DNA from: Draconibacterium sp.
Lineage (GTDB): Bacteria; Bacteroidota; Bacteroidia; Bacteroidales; Prolixibacteraceae
Assembly (NCBI GenBank): GCA_021648495.1
Contig: JAKIST010000001.1
Coordinates: forward strand, 1 to 44,342
DNA: 44,342 nucleotides
Reading direction: 5' to 3'
Positions 27,932 through 37,505 of the stretch are shown in pieces. A program made the position numbers and the translations under genes. The notes beneath the pieces were generated by a model. It did not search any database and was not told where the DNA came from. It saw only the letters and a list, made by a program, of their open reading frames with translations. The first letter of the stretch is position 1. Each line of letters opens with the position of its first letter.

Positions 27932-29281
27932 ATGAAATACGAAAAATGGTCATTAGGTTACTGGGTTCTGAAACAGTATGTTCGCTTTATAGATTGGATA
28001 ATCGTCAATAAAACGATTGTAATTGGAAAGGATAAAATCCCAAGGGACAAACCAATCTTGTTTGCACCAAACCACCAAAATGCCCTCAGCGATCCAATGG
28101 CTGTTTTATTGAATACAAAGTATCAGCCGGTTTGGCTGGCACGTGCCGATATTTTTAAAAATAAAACGGTCATCCTTATTCTGAGGTTCATGAAAATTAT
28201 ACCTGTGTATCGGCTGCGCGATGGGAAAGATAAGCTTGTAAAAAACGATGAGACTTTTGCAAACTCCATAAAAGTGTTGGAAAATAATTCCGCACTGGCA
28301 CTTTTCCCCGAAGCTACCCATTCAGGTAAACGACAATTACTCTCTCATACAAAAGCAGTGCCCCGCATTGTTTTTATGGCAGAAGAAAAAACCGGCCACA
28401 ATCTCGATATTCAAATTATTCCCACAGGGATTTATTACAGCAGTTACTGGAAATTCAACCGAAACCTGATTGTAATTTTTGGCGATCCCATTCCAGTAAA
28501 CAATTTTTTAGACGAGTACAAAGAGAATCAAAACTCGGCAACATTATCGTTACGCAATAAAATATCCGAAAGCGTTAAAACGCTTGTACTCCATTTCGAG
28601 ACCCAAACAAATTACCGCAACTTTGAAAAAATAAGAGACTTTTACGGCCTCCATTTCCTGAAAAGACAAAACAAAAAAATGTCGATCGTAAATCGGTTTA
28701 AATCAGATAAAATATTGGCAAAAAAACTGGACGGTTTAGAGAACGAAAAACCAGAAGAGATAGATAATTTAATTAACGAATTAAAAGATTACGATGCTTT
28801 AATCAAGAAATTAAAAATTAGAAGTTGGTTGGTTGAAAACTCAAAAAACAATGTATTACAAATTGCCATAAATAAATTAATTTTACTTATTGGCTTACCT
28901 ATTTTTGCTTTTGGCTTTCTGTTAAATGCCATTCCATTTTTTGTTTCCGATATAATAATTCGTAGAAAAATAAAAGATCGTTCGTTTTGGAGTTCTTTCG
29001 CATTGGCTTTTGGAATTATTCTCTTTCCTATAATTTATCTGCTTCAACTACTCGCCCTTTCGATGTTGATTCAAGGAGTTTGGATTAAAATAGCACTTTT
29101 GGTCAGTATGCCTTTTGCCGGAAAAATTGCTTTTAAATGGTATATTCTTTTGCGAAAAACCGTTGGCCGCAACAGATATTTCATTCTAAAGTATTTTAGG
29201 AAACCTGAATACCAACATCTTCTAAAAACAAAAGAAAAGCTGTTTCAAACTTTGGATCGTTTAATTTCTTCAGAACTTTAA
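27932..29281 (+). CDS. Glycerol-3-phosphate/lysophospholipid acyltransferase with C-terminal TM helices
   Basis: NHQNALSD, PVYR..DG, FPEA. Confidence 0.85.
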   Translation: MKYEKWSLGYWVLKQYVRFIDWIIVNKTIVIGKDKIPRDKPILFAPNHQNALSDPMAVLLNTKYQPVWLARADIFKNKTVILILRFMKIIPVYRLRDGKDKLVKNDETFANSIKVLENNSALALFPEATHSGKRQLLSHTKAVPRIVFMAEEKTGHNLDIQIIPTGIYYSSYWKFNRNLIVIFGDPIPVNNFLDEYKENQNSATLSLRNKISESVKTLVLHFETQTNYRNFEKIRDFYGLHFLKRQNKKMSIVNRFKSDKILAKKLDGLENEKPEEIDNLINELKDYDALIKKLKIRSWLVENSKNNVLQIAINKLILLIGLPIFAFGFLLNAIPFFVSDIIIRRKIKDRSFWSSFALAFGIILFPIIYLLQLLALSMLIQGVWIKIALLVSMPFAGKIAFKWYILLRKTVGRNRYFILKYFRKPEYQHLLKTKEKLFQTLDRLISSEL

Positions 29282-29288
29282 AAATTTG

Positions 29289-29324
29289 AGCGAGGGCTTC
29301 GCTTGAAGCGAAACCCTCGCTTTT
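29289..29324 (+). terminator. Strong hairpin, probable terminator
   Basis: AGCGAGGGCTTCGCTT-G-AAGCGAAACCCTCGCT followed by a T run. Confidence 0.6.
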
Positions 29325-29431
29325 GTTGCGCATGATGTAATTTTCAATCGCATTTTTTTCGGGAAGTTGACTTTCCTAAGTCAACTAAATTCAGGGAGAA
29401 AGGATTCTCCCTGTCCCGGATGGCGCAACAA
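29323..29431. repeat. Multi-branch inverted-repeat structure
   Basis: Outer TTGTTGCGC/GCGCAACAA enclosing two perfect 9-bp hairpins. Confidence 0.55.
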
Positions 29432-29521
29432 TGAAGTTAGAATAAAATTCAGTTTTAAAGCACTAAATGGATTGAAACCAATAGATGCGTAACGAAAAAC
29501 ACAGTGGTCAATTAAAAAGAG

Positions 29522-29604
29522 TTGTCATATCAAATCCGTCAGCTAACAGAGAAAAATCTTTCCAAGCTACAGATTTCTCAGTCATTCTTCCTTCGAAATG
29601 ACAA
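29522..29604. repeat. REP-like dispersed palindrome (TGTCAT...ATGACA type)
   Basis: TTGTCAT..., GAGAAAAATCT/AGATTTCTC, TTCGAAATGACAA; resembles a repeat common in Bacteroidota intergenic DNA (recognised from memory, not searched). Confidence 0.6.
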
Positions 29605-29611
29605 TGATATG

Positions 29612-30931
29612 CTACCGTCTCTTTTTTCTTTTCTGCCTTTCCCGGGTCCTTGCAAATTTATCATCGTACGAACGTTTCGATGAGAATATATTTTTCTTTT
29701 TATGAAAAGCCCCTTTATAAGTGGGATCGTCTATTTTCTTTTGTTTGTCGATTTCCCGAAGTTGCTCCTGATTTTCGTCAAATTCAGTTTCAATAATTCC
29801 TATATTTTCAGGCAGTTCCAAGAGGTCAATTTCCATGCGGATCATCTCTTCAATTTTGCTCCAGTGCCACTCGTCCGAGGGGTCAACTAAAGTAATTGCG
29901 TCGCCTTTATTCCCTGCCCGCGCAGTCCGTCCAATTCGGTGAATGTAATCTTCGTAATCGTTGGGGATATCGAAATTAATTACATGGCTAACCTGGCTTA
30001 CATCCATTCCCCGCGCCGACACATCGGTTGTTACCAAAACCCGGACATCGCCACCTTTAAAAGCCTGAATCGAATTTATCCGGGCATTTTGTCCTTTATT
30101 CGAATGAAGTATCCGTGTTTCACCCGAAGATTTACGTTGAACAACTTTAAAAACCCCTTCGGCGTGTTCTTTTGTTTTCACAAAAATAACGACCCTCTTA
30201 AAAGTCTCTTCGTCCTCCATTAAAGCACCAATCAAATTCAGCTTTGTACGGTAATTGGGTACACGATATGCGATTTGTGTAACCTTCTCGACCGGAGTTG
30301 CCGAAGGTGCAATTTCAAGTTTTTTATAATGATCTAAAAACTCCTCCGAAAGAGCTTGGATACTTTCTGGAAAAGTAGCAGAAAACAAAAGGTTTTGGCG
30401 TTTCGATGGAATAACTTCCTGCAACTGTTTTAGCTGCGGCAGAAACCCCAGATCCAACATTCGATCGGCTTCATCAATAACAAGGTATTTCACCTTTTTC
30501 AAAGTTAACGCTCCCGACTGGTACAATTCCCACATTCGTCCTGGCGTGGCAACCAAAATATCAATTCCGGGCTCCAACAAAGCAGCATGTTTTGTCCATC
30601 CAATTCCTCCAAAAATTGCGGCATGCCTCAATTCTGAATAGGTAGTAAGTTCTGCAATATCTTCACCAACCTGGATAGAAAGTTCGCGGGTTGGAACAAT
30701 AATTACCACTCTCGGATCTTTTCCTTCCGGTTTTTTCAATTTTGTCAATAATGGCAAAAGATAAGCAGCCGTTTTTCCTGTTCCGGTTTGTGCTACGCCA
30801 ACAATATTCATCCCCGAATTAATTATGGGAATTGCTTGTTGTTGAATTGGAGTTGGCTCAACAAAACCAATATCGTTTAACGATTTTAATATCGACTTTG
30901 CTATTTTGAGTTCTTCAAATGTCTTCTTCAT
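29612..30931 (-). CDS. DEAD-box RNA helicase
   Basis: Q motif, AQTGTGKT, PTREL, TPGR, DEAD, SAT, ARGMD, HRIGRTAR. Confidence 0.96.
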   Translation of the reverse strand: MKKTFEELKIAKSILKSLNDIGFVEPTPIQQQAIPIINSGMNIVGVAQTGTGKTAAYLLPLLTKLKKPEGKDPRVVIIVPTRELSIQVGEDIAELTTYSELRHAAIFGGIGWTKHAALLEPGIDILVATPGRMWELYQSGALTLKKVKYLVIDEADRMLDLGFLPQLKQLQEVIPSKRQNLLFSATFPESIQALSEEFLDHYKKLEIAPSATPVEKVTQIAYRVPNYRTKLNLIGALMEDEETFKRVVIFVKTKEHAEGVFKVVQRKSSGETRILHSNKGQNARINSIQAFKGGDVRVLVTTDVSARGMDVSQVSHVINFDIPNDYEDYIHRIGRTARAGNKGDAITLVDPSDEWHWSKIEEMIRMEIDLLELPENIGIIETEFDENQEQLREIDKQKKIDDPTYKGAFHKKKNIFSSKRSYDDKFARTRERQKRKKRR

Positions 30932-31024
30932 CTAACAATTTTATTTACAAAACAATAATACCCCTCTCTTTTACAAAATGCTTGTGGTTCAATTACTATC
31001 ACAGCCACCAGATACTTCGTGGCG

Positions 31025-31032
31025 CAAAAGTA
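31025..31032 (-). promoter_or_regulatory. Bacteroidota -7 box for the helicase
   Basis: TACTTTTG on the - strand. Confidence 0.5.
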
Positions 31033-31046
31033 ACAAAATCAACCAA

Positions 31047-32150
31047 CTACCTCAACTTATATATTTGACCAGGCTTTACAACCAATACATTTTTAAATTC
31101 TAATTGTAACAACATAGCAGATACTTTGCTAGCAGTCAATCCTATTTCTGCCGAAATTTGGTCGATAAAAAGCTCACCCTCTTTTTGAAGGAGGTCAACA
31201 ATTTTTTGATCTTGTTCATTCAGCTCAACAAATAAACTGGGTTGAATATTTTTTTCATTTGAGTTGTTTTCCCAAGCCATAAAATATTCCAAATCATCAA
31301 TTCCATCAATTAAAGTTGCTCCGTTATTTCTGATTAATTGATTGCATCCCCTGGAATAAACATCACCTGCCCGGCCCGGAAAAGCAAAAACATCGCGATT
31401 ATACGAAGAAGCAATATCTGCCGTTATTAGCGCCCCACCTTTTGCAGCCGATTCTACAACAATTGTGGCATCTGCCAGGCCCGCAATTATGCGGTTGCGG
31501 CGAAGGAAATTGGGCGGTTCTATTTTTGTACCACTGGTAAAATCGGTAACCAAACCGCCATTTGCAAGCATCTGTTTGGCCGTTTCTTTGTGCAAAGCGG
31601 GATACAAACGGTCTAATCCGTGAGCCACAACACCAACCGTTGGAACATTATATTTTACCGCCGATTTATGTGCTTGAACATCTATTCCATAAGCCAGGCC
31701 ACTAATTACAAGAACCTTATAATTCCGCTCAGAAAACTGTTGAACCAATTCATCGCAAACCCGTTTCCCATAATCAGTTGCGTTGCGAGTTCCCACAATA
31801 CTAATCACACGTTGTTCATCGAAATTTATTTTCCCCTTTGAATAAATTAGGATTGGTGCGTCAACACAATTTCTCAGCCGGCGTGGAAAATTATTGTCGG
31901 TATAAAAAAAAGTATCAATTTTATGTTTTTGAATGAATTGTATTTCCTTTTCCGCTTTTCCGAGCACATTCGAATTTTTAATCCGTCTTGCATTTACTTC
32001 ACCAATTCCGGGAATTTTAACCAGCGCATTTAACGGTTCGGAAAACACACCCTCAACACTTCCAACATAAGCTACCAGGTTTCTGGCAAGAATACCGCCA
32101 ATTCCGGGAATCAATGAAAGTGCAATTTTATACCTTAATTTTTCACTCAT
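31047..32150 (-). CDS. dprA: DNA-protecting protein DprA
   Basis: IVGTR.AT.YG, SGLAYGID, RNRIIAGL, GGALITA; winged-helix-like C-terminus. Confidence 0.95.
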   Translation of the reverse strand: MSEKLRYKIALSLIPGIGGILARNLVAYVGSVEGVFSEPLNALVKIPGIGEVNARRIKNSNVLGKAEKEIQFIQKHKIDTFFYTDNNFPRRLRNCVDAPILIYSKGKINFDEQRVISIVGTRNATDYGKRVCDELVQQFSERNYKVLVISGLAYGIDVQAHKSAVKYNVPTVGVVAHGLDRLYPALHKETAKQMLANGGLVTDFTSGTKIEPPNFLRRNRIIAGLADATIVVESAAKGGALITADIASSYNRDVFAFPGRAGDVYSRGCNQLIRNNGATLIDGIDDLEYFMAWENNSNEKNIQPSLFVELNEQDQKIVDLLQKEGELFIDQISAEIGLTASKVSAMLLQLEFKNVLVVKPGQIYKLR

Positions 32151-32170
32151 GTTTTGGTGTGGGGCAAATA

Positions 32171-32623
32171 TTATTGGTGTACTATTTCGTGCAAAACTTC
32201 CTGCATTTTTCTGCGTTCTTCCAAAGAAACCGCAGATAAACTTACTGATGGATATTCGGCAATGCCACGCTTTGTTTTAACGATAAAAGTCAAATCCGAC
32301 ATTCTACCAAACATAGAATTCTCAAAATAAACTTTTTGTAACATCTCTTGCGGAAATTCAATAGAACTATATTCCCCTTTCCCAAAACCAACGGCTTTGT
32401 AATAGCGTAGAATTACTTTATTGTTTTCGGTACTGAATTCGATAAACTTATAATCAGCCACATGAAAATAGAGAAACCAGAGGGAAAACACCCCAACACA
32501 TGCCAGTCCATAAAAATTATAATCGAACAGGAAAAGTGCCAGCGCACTGAGTGCGATTAAAATACTTACGATAAAGAAAATCCGCTTGAATTTTGTGGCT
32601 TGTTTTTTATTATTGAATTTCAT
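32171..32623 (-). CDS. Hypothetical membrane protein (2 TM plus soluble domain)
   Basis: 150-aa ORF in tandem with dprA; two hydrophobic segments. Confidence 0.7.
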   Translation of the reverse strand: MKFNNKKQATKFKRIFFIVSILIALSALALFLFDYNFYGLACVGVFSLWFLYFHVADYKFIEFSTENNKVILRYYKAVGFGKGEYSSIEFPQEMLQKVYFENSMFGRMSDLTFIVKTKRGIAEYPSVSLSAVSLEERRKMQEVLHEIVHQ

Positions 32624-32720
32624 TATTCGTTATTAAATTTCTAAGAAATGGGTACGTAATCGAGAATCAAATTTTCAAAATCAAATTTATTGTAACTTTA
32701 GCGCAATTTAGCAGCTACTT

Positions 32721-33830
32721 ATGGGAAATTCAACAATTTATTCAAAAATAATTTACAGCCGATTAATTGAAAAAGAATTGAGCAAGTGGATTGAAAAATA
32801 TCCAAACGGTAAAGTTTTTTTGGCCACAGAAGAAACTGTCAATCAAATATGGGTTTCGAAGTTTGACGATTTTTTTATTTTAAATGGAATAAAAAAGGTA
32901 GTTGTTCCGGCAGGCGAAAGAAACAAAAAAATTGAGTCTGTTGCAAAAATTTGGGAATTTCTATCTAAAAATGGAGGAGACAGAAAATCGCTCCTAATCA
33001 ATATTGGTGGTGGAATGTTAACCGATCTGTCCGGCTTTGCAGCAACAACTTTCAAACGTGGAATCGATTTTTTAAATGTGCCAACAACACTACTTTCGCA
33101 AGTAGATGCTTCGGTAGGAGGAAAAACGGGAATCAATTTCAATGGATTAAAAAACGAAGTCGGTACTTTTAAAAAGCCGGTTGCCGTAATTATAAACACC
33201 GACTTCCTTAAAACCATCGACAAAGAAAACTTTATTTCCGGTTTTGGAGAAATGATAAAACACGGACTAATATATAGCACCAAACATTTAGCTGAATTGA
33301 AGAATTTCGATTTTGAAAATATCGATTACAACTTGCTGCAAGAAATTATCAAACATTCGGTCAACATAAAAGAGTATTTTGTGAGCAACGACCTCACCGA
33401 AAACAACATCCGAAAAGCATTAAATTTTGGGCACACCGTTGGCCATGCTTTCGAAAGTTTAGCGATGAAACAAAAACGGCCAATTTTACACGGTTTCGCA
33501 GTTGCTTTTGGGATGATTGCAGAGCTTTTCCTTTCTGTGAGAAAATGCAATTTTCCATCGGATGAAGTTGGGAAAATAAGCAACTGGCTACTTCGGGTTT
33601 ATGGGAAATTTGAAATTCAAAAAAGCGACTACGATCAACTTTTTGAATTAATGACCCACGACAAAAAGAATGAATCGGGAAGGATAAATTTCACCCTAAT
33701 TCCTGAAATTGGAAAAATAGAAATCAACCAGAATTGCGAAAAAGAGTTGATTTTTGAGGCATTGGATTTTTATCGAAATTTACAATATTTAACCACAAAG
33801 GACACACAGTTTACACGGAGGAAAAAATGA
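32721..33830 (+). CDS. aroB: 3-dehydroquinate synthase
   Basis: GGG...DL.GF, PTTLLSQVDASVGGKTGIN, LNFGHT.GHA.E, HG.AV, DKKN. Confidence 0.96.
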   Translation: MGNSTIYSKIIYSRLIEKELSKWIEKYPNGKVFLATEETVNQIWVSKFDDFFILNGIKKVVVPAGERNKKIESVAKIWEFLSKNGGDRKSLLINIGGGMLTDLSGFAATTFKRGIDFLNVPTTLLSQVDASVGGKTGINFNGLKNEVGTFKKPVAVIINTDFLKTIDKENFISGFGEMIKHGLIYSTKHLAELKNFDFENIDYNLLQEIIKHSVNIKEYFVSNDLTENNIRKALNFGHTVGHAFESLAMKQKRPILHGFAVAFGMIAELFLSVRKCNFPSDEVGKISNWLLRVYGKFEIQKSDYDQLFELMTHDKKNESGRINFTLIPEIGKIEINQNCEKELIFEALDFYRNLQYLTTKDTQFTRRKK

Positions 33831-35068
33831 GATACCAGGTTTCAGCAAAAAAGAAAGATATTACCGGTAGCATTAATTTACCGGCATCGAAAAGTATTAG
33901 TAACCGTGCGTTAATTATCAATGCTTCGAACCACAGTCCGTATCCGCTCAATAACCTGTCTGCCAGCGATGACACAAAAGTTCTGGCCGCAGCCTTAAAA
34001 TCAAATACCAATAAATTTAATATTGGGCACGCCGGAACTGCCATGCGTTTTCTCACCGCATTTTTATCAAAAATTGTAGGCGAATGGGAAATCACCGGTT
34101 CGGAACGAATGCAACAACGCCCCATCAGAATTTTAGTGGATGCATTAATTCAGTTGGGTGCAAGAATTGAGTACCTCAATAATGAAGGTTATCCGCCTCT
34201 CAAAATTTTTGGTTCGCACCTAAAAGGAAAAACCATTGAATTGGACGGCAGCATTTCGAGCCAATACATTTCTGCTTTACTTTTAATTGCACCAAGCATT
34301 GAAAATGGCTTGACATTAAAACTAACCGGAGGGATTACTTCACGTTCCTATATTCAACTCACTTTGGATTTAATGGCCAAGTTTGGCATCCAGTATCAAT
34401 GGAAAACGAATGAGATTACGATAAACGAACAGCATTATTTTCCAATGAATTTTACGGTTGAAGCAGACTGGTCGGGTGCTTCGTATTGGTACCAGATTTT
34501 AGCTTTGCTTGGATCGGGGGAAATTTTACTTGAAAACCTGCAACTTAAAAGTTTGCAAGGCGATGCTCAAATTGTAAGTTGGTTCGGACAATTTGGGGTT
34601 TTTTCAACTCAAAAGGAAAATGGTGTTTTACTTTCTAAAAAAGAAAATATTGTACCCAAAAAACTCACTCTCGACTTTATTGAAAACCCTGATATGGCAC
34701 AAACAATGGCTTGTTTGTGTGTGGCAAAGGAAATTTCGTTTCATTTTACAGGATTAAAAACCCTAAAAATAAAGGAGACAGACCGCATTGCCGCATTGCA
34801 AAATGAGCTCGCAAAATTTGGGGCGAAATTAACTGAACCCGCAAATGGAGAATTGGCTTGGAATGGTGAAATTGATATCATTTCAAAAGAAGAAAACCCA
34901 ATAATAAAAACGTATCACGATCACAGAATGGCACTCGCTTTTGCACCGATGGTTTTGGCTGGGTTTAATTTGCAAATTGAAGAACCGATGGTAATCACAA
35001 AATCTTATCCCGGTTTTTGGGAAGATTTGAAAAAAGTTGGGTTTGTGATATATGAATCAAATTATTAA
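33827..35068 (+). CDS. aroA: EPSP synthase
   Basis: SKSISNR, AGTAMRF, SSQYISA, KETDRI, DHRMA, KSYP.FW. Confidence 0.96.
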   Translation: MRYQVSAKKKDITGSINLPASKSISNRALIINASNHSPYPLNNLSASDDTKVLAAALKSNTNKFNIGHAGTAMRFLTAFLSKIVGEWEITGSERMQQRPIRILVDALIQLGARIEYLNNEGYPPLKIFGSHLKGKTIELDGSISSQYISALLLIAPSIENGLTLKLTGGITSRSYIQLTLDLMAKFGIQYQWKTNEITINEQHYFPMNFTVEADWSGASYWYQILALLGSGEILLENLQLKSLQGDAQIVSWFGQFGVFSTQKENGVLLSKKENIVPKKLTLDFIENPDMAQTMACLCVAKEISFHFTGLKTLKIKETDRIAALQNELAKFGAKLTEPANGELAWNGEIDIISKEENPIIKTYHDHRMALAFAPMVLAGFNLQIEEPMVITKSYPGFWEDLKKVGFVIYESNY

Positions 35069-35144
35069 TAAGTTGAAAAACTTTCACCATAATTGGCTTA
35101 GAATGATTGATAATTAGCTTGACTTGCAAATGAGAAAAATTGGT

Positions 35145-35152
35145 TACTTTTG
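35145..35152 (+). promoter_or_regulatory. Bacteroidota -7 box for hicB-hicA
   Basis: TACTTTTG with TTG about 20 nt upstream. Confidence 0.5.
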
Positions 35153-35194
35153 TGTATAATCTTTTTTTTCTGCGCAAAATAAAACATTAATAAA

Positions 35195-35446
35195 ATGAAA
35201 ATTACTAATTCAAATATTTTGCATGTCCCAATAATTGTTGAACAAGATGAAGATGATTTTTACATTGTAAGTTGTCCTGTTTTTAAGGGGTGCCACTCTT
35301 ATGGGAAAACGATCGAAGAAGCCTTAGATAATATTCAAGAGGTAATTCAAATGTGTGTTGATGAAGAAAAAGAAAAAACTTCTGAGACGAACCGCTTTAT
35401 AGGATTTAGGGAATTACAGGTATCATTAAAATCCAAAGCAATTTAA
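35195..35446 (+). CDS. hicB: HicB-family antitoxin (short form, no DNA-binding domain)
   Basis: EQDED.FY.V.CP...GCHSYG.TIEEAL.NI.EVI. Confidence 0.85.
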   Translation: MKITNSNILHVPIIVEQDEDDFYIVSCPVFKGCHSYGKTIEEALDNIQEVIQMCVDEEKEKTSETNRFIGFRELQVSLKSKAI

Positions 35447-35455
35447 TTTTCAAAC

Positions 35456-35693
35456 ATGCCCCATTTGCCTATTATTTCTGGAAAAAAAATTCTTAAAATT
35501 TCTTGTCTCCATTGGATTTGTTGTAATTCGCATAAATGGTTCGCATCACCGCCTTATGCATCACGACGGTAGAATTACAACAATCCCAATTCATAGAAAC
35601 CAGGATTTACCAAAAGGATTATTGAGAAAAATTATCCGTAACGATTTGGACATGGAGTTGGAGGAATTTACTAACCTTTGGGATAAAAACTAA
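35456..35693 (+). pseudogene. hicA: HicA-family toxin with one extra A in a homopolymer run
   Basis: Removing one A from A8 (35482-89) gives MPHLPIISGKKFLKFLVSIGFVVIRINGSHHRLMHHDGRITTIPIHRNQDLPKGLLRKII...DKN*. Confidence 0.85.
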
Positions 35694-36886
35694 TCCTGCT
35701 GAATTAATTTGACAATCTTATCAGGATCGTTTCCAAATTCAATCGTTTCCGATTTTTTATTTCCTTCGGCATCGGGAAACTCAAACCGGTAACTGACATT
35801 CTTTTTCAATTTGAATATTAAAAACTTGTTCAAGTCGTCAGTTGGCATTGGCGTAAAACCAAACACTACTTTTTTATCGACATTCCAAACGGTTATCTCT
35901 TCTGAAACGCGGTTGACGGCACTTTCAGAACCGGGATTTTTGTAAAGCACAACGTCAACCAACAATTCATCTTCGTTTAATTTTTGCCCCAATAGTTGCT
36001 CCTGATATAAACGAATGTAACGTTCGGTTACATTTACCCCATTAATATCTTTTGCATCTTTTTTCCAAACGCGTGGAAAATACATACCTGTAGTTTTGTA
36101 TGAAGTGGCATAAATCCAATGGACAGGTTTTTCGGGGTCAGCTTTTCCGGCATCAGCAAGAAACCAGCTTTTGTTTAATGCATCGGGGTAATATTCGGTA
36201 AAAAACCACTCGCCATCGATCCAAACTTCCACCCAACTGTGGTTTCCCCGCATATTTGTCCAAAGCGGCGTTCCTGCTAACCTCGCCGGAATTCCAACCG
36301 AACGAAACGCATCAACCAACAAAAACGAGAGACCGGTACAAGTTGCCATATTTTCTTTTTCAGCTTGAAAAGGACTGATATTTACAATGCTCCTTTTTGT
36401 GTTGTAATCTACATTAAGTTCATCCCGAATATTCAAGTTTACCGAATCGATTGCCTCGTAAATTGTTTTACAGTTTTGTACATACTTCGAAAACCGGTTG
36501 TAATAATCTTCGCGCCAATTGTCGCGGTTTTCATCTAAACTGAAATAGGGCAGAACTTCATTCAGGAAAATAGAGTCTGGCAAGTTTTTACACCACCCAA
36601 ACTCGTCACAAACTCTAAAAGCACCTTTTATTTGGTCCGAAATAAACGCTGTAGAAAGCGTTTTTAAATCGCTCTCCGGCATAAAAGCGATTAAAAATGC
36701 GGCGGCTTCTTTTTGTTCTTTTGGACTGTTTTCCAAAGCCGCAAAAATTTGCTCAGCATTATCACCGGCATTTAAATATGCTGTATCAAGCAGTGAGCGA
36801 TATTCATTTGGAACTCCGTGGTATTTCGATTGGCATCCAACAACTAAAACTGAAGCAACAATCAATAGTGTAATAAATCTTCTCAT
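35690..36886 (-). CDS. Transglutaminase-like domain lipoprotein
   Basis: Lipobox LVVGC; CTGLS...RSVGIPAR, GNHSWVEVW. Confidence 0.85.
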   Translation of the reverse strand: MRRFITLLIVASVLVVGCQSKYHGVPNEYRSLLDTAYLNAGDNAEQIFAALENSPKEQKEAAAFLIAFMPESDLKTLSTAFISDQIKGAFRVCDEFGWCKNLPDSIFLNEVLPYFSLDENRDNWREDYYNRFSKYVQNCKTIYEAIDSVNLNIRDELNVDYNTKRSIVNISPFQAEKENMATCTGLSFLLVDAFRSVGIPARLAGTPLWTNMRGNHSWVEVWIDGEWFFTEYYPDALNKSWFLADAGKADPEKPVHWIYATSYKTTGMYFPRVWKKDAKDINGVNVTERYIRLYQEQLLGQKLNEDELLVDVVLYKNPGSESAVNRVSEEITVWNVDKKVVFGFTPMPTDDLNKFLIFKLKKNVSYRFEFPDAEGNKKSETIEFGNDPDKIVKLIQQD

Positions 36887-36974
36887 TCAACAAATCTAAT
36901 AAAGTTTAATAATATTTTTTATTTTGATTGAAAAACAAGCCTGAACAGGTCCGGGTAAAAAAGTTTACATTTGG

Positions 36975-37421
36975 TTAATCTCTTTTTTGTTTAAAAAACT
37001 CTTGCATTAACTCGCTACATTCAGTTTGTAAAACCCCTCCAATTACCTCTGTTTTTGGGTGCATCGATTTTGGTGCCCTATTTTTAAACCCTTTTTTTTC
37101 GTCGAAAGCCCCAAAAACAACTTTACCAATTTGTGCCCACCCCAAAGCTCCGGCACACATTGAGCAAGGTTCAAGCGTAACATATAAAACACAATCATTC
37201 AAATACTTCCCACCTAAAAAATTAGCTGCGGCAGTAATTGCCTGCATTTCGGCATGTGCAGTAACGTCGTTTAAAGTCTCGGTTAAATTATGTGCACGGG
37301 CAATTATTTTCCCGCTCGAAACGATAACCGCCCCCACCGGAACCTCCCCTTTTTCGAAAGCTATTAATGCTTCTGCAAAAGCCTTCTTCATAAAATACGT
37401 ATCGTTAAATGGTTCGATCAT
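36975..37421 (-). CDS. tadA: tRNA-specific adenosine deaminase / nucleoside deaminase
   Basis: [21 protein letters not shown]. Confidence 0.85.
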   Translation of the reverse strand: MIEPFNDTYFMKKAFAEALIAFEKGEVPVGAVIVSSGKIIARAHNLTETLNDVTAHAEMQAITAAANFLGGKYLNDCVLYVTLEPCSMCAGALGWAQIGKVVFGAFDEKKGFKNRAPKSMHPKTEVIGGVLQTECSELMQEFFKQKRD

Positions 37422-37505
37422 AAATTGATTTTAAAAAGCTGTAATTTGGACTGGATAAAATTGGGAAAATCTTCTTATTTTCGCAACCTAATTAAAAAAG
37501 AAATC

